DNA from: Saprospiraceae bacterium | Lineage (GTDB): Bacteria > Bacteroidota > Bacteroidia > Chitinophagales > Saprospiraceae | DNA: 64,000 nt | Direction: 5' to 3' | Assembly: GCA_022844565.1 (NCBI GenBank) | Contig: JALHLK010000007.1 | Coordinates: forward strand, 12,050-76,049 | Shown here: one piece after another, positions 32,901 to 41,394 of the stretch | How positions within the stretch are numbered: position 1 is the first letter of the stretch | Layout of the letters: each line of letters begins with the position of its first letter | Position numbers and translations under genes: made by a program | The notes under the pieces: model-generated | The model's input: the letters and a program-made list of their open reading frames with translations, nothing else | What the model was told of the DNA's origin: nothing | Database searches by the model: none

Positions 32901-34069
32901 AGGTAAGCTTACAAGCAGAATTGCCAGAATATCCTATAGCTACGAAGACAGACAAAGATGGTAAATACACATTTAGCAACTTACCAATCGGAGTAAACTA
33001 CACGATCGAAGCTAAGAAAGGAGATGACTACATCAATGGAGTGAATACATTAGACCTAGTACAGATTCAAAGACATATCTTAGGTATTAAGAAGTTAGAC
33101 AATCCGTACAAGTTGATAACAGCAGACGCAGATGGCGACAAAGCGATCCGGGTGAACGATATCGTGACATTGAGAAAAATGATCTTGGGTATTACAGACA
33201 AAATCGAAGATATGCCAAGCTGGAGATTTATCGATGCAAGTGATAGGATGGAGAACGGTCCATGGCCATTCCGAGAAGTGATAAGCCACGGAGCATTGAC
33301 GGAGACCACTATTAATAACAACTTCATAGGCGTAAAACTTGGTGATGTAGACGGTACAGCGAGTGCCAATACAGTAAGCAAATCTACACAACCTAGAAAC
33401 ACAGGTGTGAGATTGAGTGTAGAAGACAGAGCAATGAAAGCAGGTGAAGAGGTAGAAATATCATTGACAGCAGAACAGTTCAACGAAGTACACGGTATGC
33501 AGCTGACCCTAAGCCATGAAGGAATGGAGTTAATAAGCATAGACGGTAGAGCGATAGAAATGACAGCAGACCAGGTAGGAAAAGTAAGCAAAGACAAGAC
33601 TACGATGAGCTGGGCATCTGCAAATGGCACAACAGTAGCCCAAGGCAGTGAAGTAATGCGAATGAGATTCAGAGCTACGAAAGCACAGCAATTATCAAAT
33701 GCATTATCGATTACAAGCGAAGTGACAGGAGCAGAAGCATATGTAGGTACAGACATGGAGCGAAGCGCAATCGTATTGGAAATACGCAACGATGTTCGGC
33801 CGAACGTCTTCGACGTAGCTCAAAATGAGCCAAACCCATGGAAGACAAGCACTGTGATCAACTACACATTGCCACAAGCAGGTGCCGTGAAATTGACTGT
33901 CCTAGACATAACCGGAAAAGTCATACGGACGTATAATTCAAAAGGCGAAGTCGGGCAGAATCAAACAACGATCACACGTGAGCAATTGAACGGAGCAGCA
34001 GGAATCCTAATCTACAAGGTAGAGTCAGGAGCCTTCAGCGCACAGAGAAAGATGTTGGTGATAGAATAA
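26903..34069 (+). CDS. Giant T9SS-secreted modular surface protein
   Basis: Signal peptide; many SMPDSNTIAIG...WNGxxWxQKG FG-GAP-like propeller repeats; Cys-rich EDxxxP HYR-like repeats; dockerin-like NGVNTLDLVQIQRHILG; cohesin-like domain; CTD AQNEPNPW...KMLVIE. Confidence 0.88.
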   Translation: MKNIYQIFIIIFSICFYSISFAQIQIGSDINSTSPISQLGTIVRMPDKFTIAVGAFNAGYCRVYRWDGIDWIQKGIDIPANTNGSDSYTDYLTMPDSNTLAVSIPNENGVGIKRGVVKIYTWNGNSWSAKGDNIFGEFDYHLSGSYISMPDSNTISIGSRYSGGARIFKWQNGVWIKKGNTIDVDWGQTVDMPDSNVVAVSSYYVSNFNNSEGRTKVYIWNGSDWSLKGSEIIGDPYQKEFGRSIIMPDSNTIAISSIANTPTIEARTTIFYFNGSNWVKKGSTINDEEIYDSYVNSISMPNSNTIAIGSDYSSEGGFARGQVRIFEWNGSSWVKRGKDLQGRLDYENFGRSVSMPTNDVIAVGAFRNYERFTEGGQVKIFEYGLNQPPPSGELLVINSECSNCNLSGGSVSLGSVSTLMGSIEFSDSLLQWSQSLPTYYQNGKSRVIYARSNYNGKYSDIVKVGCYEPGSCRVPEPPIGALETQDGNCINCNSIDGLVEIGTLVSNEGIIQYSFDNGNNWIKRIPKYEELIKYENIIASVVDSFSNCISEPLIVASKFQINRKGNELTSFFYDKKFGEVVEFPDKNTLAITTPGLNKTTVYKFVNNEWIQKGSDFYGNTYISMPDSNTISVGNSVFIWNGEFWVQKGNQIDLLNYGYTFSEMPDSNTIAFTIFYYNFEIGDFSREIKVYKWVNNEWIQKGNKIHLSKSGNYRSVITMPDSNTIAIGISGNSEYFYYGGLVRVYIWNGIEWVQKGSDLYGVSNESLGRSIDMPNKNILAISGGGNVGQSTPSTYIKILYWNGFEWISQGNINGRKELEYFSADESGSSTLSMPNENIISFTSRHKNGSSIYLYRYNKNNFIWEQFGIDNLGIDIEVDNVLISDDLNIAVGSHRIKVDFGEIGKVNVYSIDELGTCPDTCSQDTISQLTCQAEINLSLDSTCRISNIENIFLTSQGYLPSTHSLSFSTLNDEVVNRYDLSSYLGRKIKYTITHLPSNNSCWGYINIEDKLGPKLDAPKDTCVYCVESTLPTRTGQATATDCGSTPKVEYRDVVAAFACKKDGDTIQIITRTWFATDDKGNTTTSVQKIYVKALSSDSIKAPVALVTLACTDAYTPEAIASNLGVSYGYPHFISPVTGLPVAITRGSSCHFEADYVDKPIIEETCKANCKSTQKILRTWNVLNWCTGKAEKYLQVIKLEDNVAPTIRVTSPSETYSVNAWGCDVDITMPNATVRDACDADATVVSIQGPVGVSVVKRGNTWVALNVPSGTHTFTYFASDCCGNESTATITVKVVDRVAPVATVKEFITVSLVRSGDENILGIAKLFVDQVDNGSYDNCTKVYREIRREDDAPGCLNAGDLWDHDNNPSTPRIPSWNNNRTYNNDGHLQDNPEDTDKGQFVKFCCEDIGKEVKVWLRVWDDANGSGIYGDVVDGLSDNYNETWSNVKVEDKTVPKITCKPDVTINCSRDTGAVTEYNFSRTWISTVGKVPARMLPGTEGTCGVYEFEFRDEGSLNTCNVGTFIREYRVKAHPSVVCTMRIVVDNTTSSPVLEWPIDLHEWSSCTLTEADIYANTVRAIRAEQLNGCGVTGTDQWMCEGLTGTELANCRRAQATNGFTPNSGPLGSSLRDRVRFNSNYKNVGCAVFGKKLTIEEYAVGEGCKKWVVRWDYINWCDNSNAGCRTTIYKYEDTTAPVITSCPGADEDIEDATCTFPIVLRPTATDAGGCDAALTWRARVYEGTNIGINPIGAVLRTGTGVGTNPTISFTGANALEAGTYTVRYFVTDGCGNVSECDATIGIWPKAATPYCVSLSSAVMKNGLVELWARDFDRGSFTNCGSGVMLFTFNRGGVAEHPAPAQLDSQHYFNGTGNFLAFKTDAGNATGEAAARSLYNEGKAQLWLPDVTVRPRPTLPNGTAQDPERIVTGGTSGMNFGCKAGNTIGVPITVEMRVWDRRSFKAGSTQGSDFCQTRLTLIDNQGGCGASTLVPVGGTVQTEGVEMMNEVEVSLQAELPEYPIATKTDKDGKYTFSNLPIGVNYTIEAKKGDDYINGVNTLDLVQIQRHILGIKKLDNPYKLITADADGDKAIRVNDIVTLRKMILGITDKIEDMPSWRFIDASDRMENGPWPFREVISHGALTETTINNNFIGVKLGDVDGTASANTVSKSTQPRNTGVRLSVEDRAMKAGEEVEISLTAEQFNEVHGMQLTLSHEGMELISIDGRAIEMTADQVGKVSKDKTTMSWASANGTTVAQGSEVMRMRFRATKAQQLSNALSITSEVTGAEAYVGTDMERSAIVLEIRNDVRPNVFDVAQNEPNPWKTSTVINYTLPQAGAVKLTVLDITGKVIRTYNSKGEVGQNQTTITREQLNGAAGILIYKVESGAFSAQRKMLVIE

Positions 34070-34118
34070 GCTGTGAGCTTTGAGCGATGAGCTGTTAGCT
34101 AGATCAACGTAAATAAAT

Positions 34119-34155
34119 GAGTCTCGGTTTCAATAAAATGAAATCGGGGCTTTTT
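34119..34155 (+). terminator. Rho-independent terminator
   Basis: GAGTCTCGGTTTCA...TGAAATCGGGGCTTTTT. Confidence 0.7.
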
Positions 34156-34294
34156 GTTTTATAGCCCAGATTGAGTGACGACAAGCTCCTAATGGCTTGC
34201 CAAATTTATTTGGCAAAATATGAATCCAAATTTCTTTGGTTTGCCATTAAGAAAATAATACAAATACGGCAATGGGGTAAATTGAAAAATTGGT

Positions 34295-34365
34295 TAATGT
34301 TCAAATGATCTATAGTTGAAAATGTTCAAATTAACCAATGTTCAAATGATCTAATGTTGAAAATG
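34295..34365. repeat. 8-bp-period microrepeat
   Basis: AATGTTCAAATGATCT occurs twice plus degenerate units, same type as 14510. Confidence 0.5.
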
Positions 34366-34376
34366 TATAGATATAG

Positions 34377-34414
34377 AAAAGGCATCAACGACGTAAGTTT
34401 TTGTTGCCTTTTTT
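34377..34414. terminator. Bidirectional terminator-like hairpin
   Basis: AAAAGGCATCAAC...GTTGCCTTTTTT between convergent genes. Confidence 0.5.
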
Positions 34415-34535
34415 AAGTGCCATTTGTTTGTACCCATACCTATAAAGTACCAAAATTACTGCCACTTTCTTCATTTTTTTGGGTTTCTCAAAATAATTTA
34501 CTTATTTTTATGATGGTCAAGCATTTGTACAAAGC

Positions 34536-36053
34536 TTACCTTACCATGCTCCCCACAAAAACGGGTGGATTCTTTTTATCCGTCATCATATGTTCATACT
34601 TTACGCTGATATTTTCTTTGTCAAAAGTGCAAAGGATATTTTCTGTATGAGGACCTTCTATGTATTTAATGGCTAGTTTTAACTCCGTGTCGGAGATCCA
34701 AGTACAAGAGCCGAAAGTCTCAAAAGGAGCAAGGCCTTCTTGACTGTTTTTGGCTTGACCAGCTAAGTTGGGGCCTTTTCGATCGGTTATGGTTTTTGTC
34801 CATTTATTTTTGCCAAGGGTGTATGAGTGTGTTTTGCCTTTTTGCTCGAGTACTATTTTGCAACTTTTTTTGTCATCAGAGATGGTGATGGATTCGAAGG
34901 GCATCATGGCTTTGGATTCCAATTTGTATTGCTTTGGTGTGGTACCACTGTATGATTTTGAAGAAGGGGTAGTATTCAAGGGGGCTATGTGTAAGGAAGC
35001 TAATTTTTTGGTCAATTTTTTAGTTTCTCCAGATTTAGGTAGTGGTGTGTTACTTTTGAATGCGGGTATGAGGTGGTCCCAAACGAGTTTCATGCCTTTG
35101 CCCATGTCATTCATTTCAGATGTGATGACGATAACAGCGTTTTGGTCTGCTAATTGGATGATGTATTGACCAAATGCTCCATCTGCGCGATAATGATTGT
35201 GGCTTCCTCTCCACATTTGATAGCCGTAACCTTGCTCCCATTCGTTTCTGTTTTCAGTTTTGGAAGGGTTTTGGAATATTTGAGCTTTGGTGGCTTCAGC
35301 AATCCAGGATTGAGGCACAATTTGTTTGCCATTCCACAGGCCTTTTTGCAAGAAAAGTTGCCCAAATTTAGCCATATCTTCCGTTTTGATGCGCAATCCC
35401 CAGCCGCCTACATTGATACCCATTGGATCAGACTCCCAGTCCATGCCTTTGATACCAAGTGGATCAAAAAGTCGGGGTTTTAGGTAGTCTATCAATTTTT
35501 GACCCGTTACTTTTTGGACAATGGCAGAGAGCATATACGTAGCAGCCGAATTGTACAAAAAGCGTGAACCTGGTTCGTAATCATAGGTCGAAGCTAAAAA
35601 GCCTTTTACCCAATCGTCACCCACCATAGATAGACCAGGCTCTTTTGCCATCCCTACACTCATTGTCAATAGGTGATGGATAGAAAGTTTTGATAAGTTT
35701 TCAGACACATTTTCGGGTAATTTGTCTGGGAAGAAGGATATGACTTTGTCTTTTACGTTGATTTTACCCTCTTCTTGTAATAAACCTATTGCAGTAGCAG
35801 TAAAACTCTTGCTCACAGAGTACATTGTGTGTTTTAAGTTTGGTCCGTATGGAGACCACCATCCTTCTGCTATTTTTTTCCCATTTTTCAAAATCATCAG
35901 ACTGTGAAATTCCAAGCCACTGCTGTTTGCAGCATCGATGAAGTTACTAATTTGTGACGAAGAGACACCTTCTGCTTCAGGTGTACTTTTCGGAAAAGTG
36001 CCTTGGCCGTAAAGCGATGCTGTAAGGAAAACGAGTAAAAGAATTCTTACCAT
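34536..36053 (-). CDS. Serine hydrolase, beta-lactamase class C-like family
   Basis: SVSK (SxxK), YNS and ADGAFGQ motifs; signal peptide. Confidence 0.88.
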   Translation of the reverse strand: MVRILLLVFLTASLYGQGTFPKSTPEAEGVSSSQISNFIDAANSSGLEFHSLMILKNGKKIAEGWWSPYGPNLKHTMYSVSKSFTATAIGLLQEEGKINVKDKVISFFPDKLPENVSENLSKLSIHHLLTMSVGMAKEPGLSMVGDDWVKGFLASTYDYEPGSRFLYNSAATYMLSAIVQKVTGQKLIDYLKPRLFDPLGIKGMDWESDPMGINVGGWGLRIKTEDMAKFGQLFLQKGLWNGKQIVPQSWIAEATKAQIFQNPSKTENRNEWEQGYGYQMWRGSHNHYRADGAFGQYIIQLADQNAVIVITSEMNDMGKGMKLVWDHLIPAFKSNTPLPKSGETKKLTKKLASLHIAPLNTTPSSKSYSGTTPKQYKLESKAMMPFESITISDDKKSCKIVLEQKGKTHSYTLGKNKWTKTITDRKGPNLAGQAKNSQEGLAPFETFGSCTWISDTELKLAIKYIEGPHTENILCTFDKENISVKYEHMMTDKKNPPVFVGSMVR

Positions 36054-36055
36054 GA

Positions 36056-37072
36056 TTATTGTTTTTTAAATGGATAAATGACTTTTGTCACATATTTAGA
36101 CGGATCTTTCTCTTGTATAGGATCGGTGATGTATTCTTCTATAGCAGGACCATTTTTTACTAAACTTCTATCCATCATGTAGGTTTTGATGGCTTCGTGT
36201 ACGAGATCAAGCGTTTTGTAATCACCTTTATGTTCTACTTCAATGGCCGTCTGAGGAGGAATATTTAAGTAAGAAAGGTCCTTTATTTCACGAGCTATAT
36301 TGATGGGTACACCTGCTGCCATATCGGTTTCTAATTTCAGTTGATCGTAGTAGAAGTAAAGTGCTACTGGTTTTCCAGTCATAGTGAGGCCTTCACTTTG
36401 TATTTTTTGAAAAATGGGACCTAAGCTTTGTGCATAGAAGCCTCTCACTTCAGCAGCTTTGACAGTTTTCCTATTCATTGCATATTTTCTATCAGATAGC
36501 AAGGTTTCGTTGATCTTAAATCCATTGTATATTTGCTCACTCATCCTTTGTAACGCTATCTTTTCGATATTATCGAGCCCCTTTTTATAGCTTTTTCCGA
36601 TCATATATTTAAAAAAAGGTGCCATCACATTGAAAGGGAACTCCAATCGAGTGTCCATGGTCCAAGTCACATTGGTTTCATTGCCTTTTGGCTCGAATTT
36701 GAAGGCATATTTAGACCCTTTTTGACCCTCAAAAGCGATATCTGACTCTATCAAATCGTTAGTGACGGATTTGGTATATATATTAGATCCATTACCTACT
36801 ACTTCTGAGGTCCAGGAAGACGCTGCACCTATACCTTCCCACTTTTTACCTACTTCGAAATTGATTTTCGGATCTTCCATTATAAAGGGATTCCATTGTC
36901 GACTATCCTTAAGATTATTAGCTAAGTTGAATACATAAGTGACGGGAGCTTTGATCAATTTAGATCGGCTAACAGTTACATTTTTAGGCATAAATATTCC
37001 TAAGATGAGGAATAAAACCAAAATAATAGCTAAAACAATTGCTACTTTTTTCCACCATGGCATTTTTGTCAT
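36056..37072 (-). CDS. SRPBCC + GyrI-like domain protein
   Basis: N-terminal TM, VSRSKLIKAP...WNPF SRPBCC region, C-terminal HKGDY...EEYITDP. Confidence 0.85.
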   Translation of the reverse strand: MTKMPWWKKVAIVLAIILVLFLILGIFMPKNVTVSRSKLIKAPVTYVFNLANNLKDSRQWNPFIMEDPKINFEVGKKWEGIGAASSWTSEVVGNGSNIYTKSVTNDLIESDIAFEGQKGSKYAFKFEPKGNETNVTWTMDTRLEFPFNVMAPFFKYMIGKSYKKGLDNIEKIALQRMSEQIYNGFKINETLLSDRKYAMNRKTVKAAEVRGFYAQSLGPIFQKIQSEGLTMTGKPVALYFYYDQLKLETDMAAGVPINIAREIKDLSYLNIPPQTAIEVEHKGDYKTLDLVHEAIKTYMMDRSLVKNGPAIEEYITDPIQEKDPSKYVTKVIYPFKKQ

Positions 37073-37304
37073 TTTTCCTTATTGATTAATGTTGAAAATC
37101 AAAAATAGGTAAATTATTTTAAGATCTGATTGTTCTGGTTTTAAAAAAGAAAAATCGAATAAATTTTTTCAAAAGTAGATCTTATAAATTTTTGAAAAAT
37201 GAGAAACTCCTGAAGTGTGTATTAATGCCCCTTTTCATTCAAATCCTTGTTTAAAGTAGTAAAACTTAATCCATTCATTTAGTTTTTGAACAAGCAAATG
37301 TACT

Positions 37305-37595
37305 TTAATACTTAGGTTTGCTTTGAATGGAGATATCTCCTTTTGTTTTTCTGGTAGAACTCACCGTAATGACCCTAAAAGTATGAGAATTTATTGTGAT
37401 TGTGATCTTATTTTCAGGGTTAGAAACATAATAATTTTTGCCAATTTTTACAAAATACTGATCTTCGGTTTGAGATAAAGTTGTGAATATCAATTTTTCT
37501 ATCTCCGGTCTTTCTAATTGAGTCTGAAGCTTTTTATTAATTCTTAAGTATACTAAGTCTGTATAACAAATATTTTTTAAAATAGTCTCTTTCAT
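37305..37595 (-). CDS. DUF3781-like protein
   Basis: CYTDLVYLRINKKL...GKNYY...TINSHTFRVIT. Start moved to MKETILK to remove the overlap with rluF. Confidence 0.7.
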   Translation of the reverse strand: MKETILKNICYTDLVYLRINKKLQTQLERPEIEKLIFTTLSQTEDQYFVKIGKNYYVSNPENKITITINSHTFRVITVSSTRKTKGDISIQSKPKY

Positions 37596-37641
37596 ACTTT
37601 TTGATACAACGAAATGTCCAATTAAAACGTAGCAAATAGGC

Positions 37642-38655
37642 TTATTTTGATCTCCTATTGTCAACTTTAGGTCGAGACTTTCCAATTCTTTTTCCACTGG
37701 GTGGTTTAGGAAATTTTGAATCATTTGCCTTTTTAGATCTACTCAAGGTTGATTTTTTATCTTTAGTTTTTTCATCAGTTTTTTCTTTTGAAGCAGTAGG
37801 GGATTTTTTGTCAGAAAATTTATCCTTATGGAAGGAAGATTGAGTTGATTGTCCATCTTGAATAAATTTTTTGAAAGGTTTTTTGCCAAATTTCTTCTTC
37901 TTTTGGATTTCTTTTGATTCGTCTTTTGGTAAATACTCAGAAGATGACCCTTTGGTAAGTTGATGTATTTCTTCCATCTCCTCGTCTGTTAAATCTCGCC
38001 ACTCTCCCAAAGGAATACCCTTGAGTCTAATATTCATTATGCGTATTCGTTCGAGCTTCACAACTTCGTAACCAAAGTATTCGCACATTCTTCTGATTTG
38101 TCTATTGAGACCTTGTATGAGTGTTATTCTAAAGGATTTTACTCCCTCTCGAGTTACTTTACATTTTTTTGTGACAGTGCCCATGATCGGTACTCCCTTA
38201 GACAAACCGCTTATCACAACATCAGTAAGTGCTTTATCAACAGTGACGATGTATTCCTTTTCGTGATTATTTCCTGCTCTGAGTATTTTATTGACGAGAT
38301 CACCATTATTGGTTAAGAAGATAAGACCTTGGGAATCTTTGTCTAATCTACCAATGGGGAATATCCGATCTGGATGGTTGACAAACTGAACGATATTGTC
38401 TCTGACATTTTCAGTAGTTGATACAATCCCAACAGGCTTATTTAAAGCTATAAAAATTACTTCCTCCTCTAATCTTGATTTTAGAAGCTTGCCATTTATT
38501 CTTACTTTATCACCTCGTTTGATTTCATCACCTTTATTGGCAATTGTCCCATTTATAGTAACTTGACCATCAATAATAAGTTTGTCTGCCTCTCTTCGGG
38601 AGCAAAATCCACTTTCACTGATGAATTTATTTAACCAGATTGTTTCGTCCGCCAT
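37642..38655 (-). CDS. rluF: 23S rRNA pseudouridine synthase F
   Basis: S4 domain [23 protein letters not shown] and [12 protein letters not shown] motifs. Confidence 0.88.
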   Translation of the reverse strand: MADETIWLNKFISESGFCSRREADKLIIDGQVTINGTIANKGDEIKRGDKVRINGKLLKSRLEEEVIFIALNKPVGIVSTTENVRDNIVQFVNHPDRIFPIGRLDKDSQGLIFLTNNGDLVNKILRAGNNHEKEYIVTVDKALTDVVISGLSKGVPIMGTVTKKCKVTREGVKSFRITLIQGLNRQIRRMCEYFGYEVVKLERIRIMNIRLKGIPLGEWRDLTDEEMEEIHQLTKGSSSEYLPKDESKEIQKKKKFGKKPFKKFIQDGQSTQSSFHKDKFSDKKSPTASKEKTDEKTKDKKSTLSRSKKANDSKFPKPPSGKRIGKSRPKVDNRRSK

Positions 38656-38728
38656 AATTAGATACTATAAATTTTAAGACACAAAGCTAGTGTTTATCAT
38701 GCTGTAAACCCCAAAGATGTGGATAATT

Positions 38729-39547
38729 TTATCCGATCTCCAATTTATACCCCACCCCATGGACATTTGATATCTTAATCTTATCGTCATGGATCAATTT
38801 TTTTCGCAACTTAGAAACCAACACATCCAAGTTTTTTGAAACAACTAATACACCACTTTCTGCCCAAATCTCATTCATTAAAAAATCCCTATTAAGAATT
38901 TCGTCTTTTTGATTTAAAAAAATGGTTAGTAACTTTGCTTCTTTTTCTGTTAAAACTTCATTTTGATTTTCAAAAAATAAGACTTTTTTCTTAGGATCAA
39001 AGGAATAGGTACCTATAGAAAATAATTCCTCTGAACTCTTGACATCTATATCTTTAAATTTATGTCTAAACAAAAACAATGGAACCAAAACAATAGGAAA
39101 AATAAACATAACCAACCACAGTCTATTTTGATCTTTTAAAATGGTAATTTCGATGGTGTAACATCCTTCTGGTAAATCTCTACCAGCACATGGTGTGATA
39201 CTGTCTTTTGATGGATTAAACATAAAAGATAAGTATACATCTTTAGATTTACATTCTTTGAGTTCTGAAATAAACTCTGTTATGCCAATTCTACCCAATT
39301 CAAATGCAATGATCTTATACAGTGAGTCCGCCTTGACATATAAAGGCTTATCAAATGAAATAGCATATAGATTGTCATCTAAAGTCTGTATCGGCAACAC
39401 TCTGGTAGAAGAGTCATTGCTAGAAAGTAATAACCGATGGCCAATTTGTCTAAAAACCACTTCGCGCTCTTTATGCATTGGAGAGCAAAATAGATATGAT
39501 GACATCATACCTATGAAACAAAATATTAAAATTATTTTTCTTAGCAT
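38729..39547 (-). CDS. Membrane-anchored transcriptional regulator with C-terminal OmpR-type winged helix
   Basis: Signal/anchor, extracytoplasmic Cys-containing domain, TM (LWLVMFIFPIVLVPLFLF), then LTEKEAKLL...LDVLVSKLRKKL...HGVGYKL. No receiver domain. Confidence 0.85.
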   Translation of the reverse strand: MLRKIILIFCFIGMMSSYLFCSPMHKEREVVFRQIGHRLLLSSNDSSTRVLPIQTLDDNLYAISFDKPLYVKADSLYKIIAFELGRIGITEFISELKECKSKDVYLSFMFNPSKDSITPCAGRDLPEGCYTIEITILKDQNRLWLVMFIFPIVLVPLFLFRHKFKDIDVKSSEELFSIGTYSFDPKKKVLFFENQNEVLTEKEAKLLTIFLNQKDEILNRDFLMNEIWAESGVLVVSKNLDVLVSKLRKKLIHDDKIKISNVHGVGYKLEIG

Positions 39548-39587
39548 GGTGCAAATTTAGATCAAAAAACAAATGCTTTGTGCTAGA

Positions 39588-39669
39588 TTTACTAAAATTT
39601 ACTCTTTTTTTACAAGTAAAACCTATATTATCAACCATTAGTACCACTACATTTGTGTATTCTTAAAAA
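39588..39669 (+). promoter_or_regulatory. Promoter with three phased TTTAC boxes and TACATTTG -7 element (copy 1)
   Basis: TTTAC at 39588, 39598 and 39609; TACATTTG at 39648; duplicated at 41285. Confidence 0.65.
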
Positions 39670-39833
39670 GTAACTATTCAGGACCCCGACTGTTCAACCA
39701 AAAAATTTTCATTTTAAGTGATCCATCGGCTTTATTTTTTCATCAATAGCGATGCTATTAATTCAAAAAAGAGCCTCGTCTGACATAAAATGTCCTTATT
39801 TTTATGATTTGAACGGGGGGCCTGAATAGTTAC
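39670..39833. mobile_element. MITE with 8-bp target duplication
   Basis: TIR GTAACTATTCAGG / CCTGAATAGTTAC; CTTAAAAA duplicated (39662-39669, 39834-39841); absent from the paralogous promoter at 41285; central ATAGCGATGCTAT. Confidence 0.85.
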
Positions 39834-39862
39834 CTTAAAAATTTTACCTAAATTTTTTCAAA

Positions 39863-41074
39863 ATGAAAGTAATGATGAGCTTTTTACTTGTTATCATAAT
39901 GTTGACGAACTGTGTCATGACGGATCACAAAAAAGAAATCATTAAGTCAACTGCAAAGTCTTCAAAATTAGAAGAGGGCAAAGTGACTTCTAATGATTTT
40001 GGGAAAACATGGGCAACAGTGAATTCAATCCCAACCTCAAGCAATGAATACACAATAACAAAAGCTGAACAAAATCCAAATATTGTTCGGACTATGGGCA
40101 CACAATCAGAGAATGTAATTTGTCAGCTTCTTGATAGAGACGGCAACATATGGTTTAGTATCCATGGGGAAGGTGCCTATTGTTACGACGGAAAATCATT
40201 TACCAACTTCACCACTAAAAATGGTTTGTGTAATAATAATGTAGGGTCAATTATTCAGGATAAAGAAGGTAATATTCTCTTTGGTACAAAAAATGGCATA
40301 TGCAAGTATGATGGTCAAAAATTTACTAAATACCCTGCGACAGACACATTGAATATTAAATGTATGTTAGAAGACAGAGATGGAAACTTATGGTTTGGTG
40401 CGATGAATAAAGGAGTATATCGGTATGACGGAAAGAATCTAACTAATATTCTTTATCAATACAAGCATCCCAAATTTGGTGTTAAGTATGAGAAAATGAT
40501 CAATGATATTATGCAAGACAAAAAGGGGAACATCTGGTTCTGCTCATGGAATCGTGGAGGTGCATGGAGATACGATGGAACAATCCTTACTCACTTTCTT
40601 CCTTCTGATGATTATTATTCATACTTTGAAGATGAACGAAGTAATGCTTATTCTTCTAACGTAACAAAATACGTTCATTCTCCAGACTATATTACAGATG
40701 ATATGATTTTTTCTATCTCGGAAGACAGAGCAGGCAATATTTGGTTTGCCACCCGAAGACACGGGGCTTGCATTTTTAATGGGAAATCCTTTACCAGTTT
40801 CAGCGAAAATAAACGTTTTGGCCAAGATCAAGGATTTTATACCATTCTTGAAGATAGAAAAGGAAATATTTGGTTTTCCACGGACAAGAATGGAGTATAC
40901 TGTTATGATGGCAAAACATTAAAAAAATATACAGAAAATGATGGACTTGTAAATAATGCAGTAGTAAGTATTATGGAAGACAAAAGCGGCAATTTGTGGT
41001 TTGGAACAAAATGGGTTGGCTTGAGTCGCTTTGATGGTAAAAGTTTTACTACTTTCTCACAATCTGACAATTAA
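39863..41074 (+). CDS. Secreted beta-propeller protein (two-component regulator propeller repeats)
   Basis: Repeated EDxxGNxWFGT...GVYRYDGKSF; putative lipoprotein signal LTNC. Confidence 0.85.
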   Translation: MKVMMSFLLVIIMLTNCVMTDHKKEIIKSTAKSSKLEEGKVTSNDFGKTWATVNSIPTSSNEYTITKAEQNPNIVRTMGTQSENVICQLLDRDGNIWFSIHGEGAYCYDGKSFTNFTTKNGLCNNNVGSIIQDKEGNILFGTKNGICKYDGQKFTKYPATDTLNIKCMLEDRDGNLWFGAMNKGVYRYDGKNLTNILYQYKHPKFGVKYEKMINDIMQDKKGNIWFCSWNRGGAWRYDGTILTHFLPSDDYYSYFEDERSNAYSSNVTKYVHSPDYITDDMIFSISEDRAGNIWFATRRHGACIFNGKSFTSFSENKRFGQDQGFYTILEDRKGNIWFSTDKNGVYCYDGKTLKKYTENDGLVNNAVVSIMEDKSGNLWFGTKWVGLSRFDGKSFTTFSQSDN

Positions 41075-41284
41075 ACCGATAGACTAATATGACAAAAAAA
41101 AATAAAAATATTAGCTAATAATTATGGCTTTGAACGGCAAGAAAGGGCTATTGAACAAATGCATAATAATCTACCCTTAAAAATCAAGTCGATTCCTAAA
41201 AGTCTAAAAGTAAAAAATTCACAAATTATATTAATCCAAAACAAGTCTTTTTAGCGCCCTCAAAAACAATCATTTTAACCTTAA

Positions 41285-41366
41285 TTTACCAAAATTTACC
41301 CATTTTTTACCTGCAAAACCTATATTATCAACCCTTAGTAGCGTTACATTTGTATATTCTTAAAAT
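41285..41366 (+). promoter_or_regulatory. Promoter with three phased TTTAC boxes and TACATTTG -7 element (copy 2)
   Basis: TTTAC at 41285, 41295 and 41306; TACATTTG at 41345; same spacing as copy 1. Confidence 0.65.
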
Positions 41367-41394
41367 TTTATTCATAATTTATTAATTTTTCAAA

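Noticed and set aside
29677..33789. Series of long antisense ORFs within the giant T9SS gene
   Set aside because: Explained by the codon bias of the sense gene, which yields few antisense stops; products show no recognisable motifs.
34536..36053. Bona fide antibiotic-resistance beta-lactamase
   Set aside because: SxxK/YxS motifs define a broad serine hydrolase family; substrate cannot be inferred from sequence.
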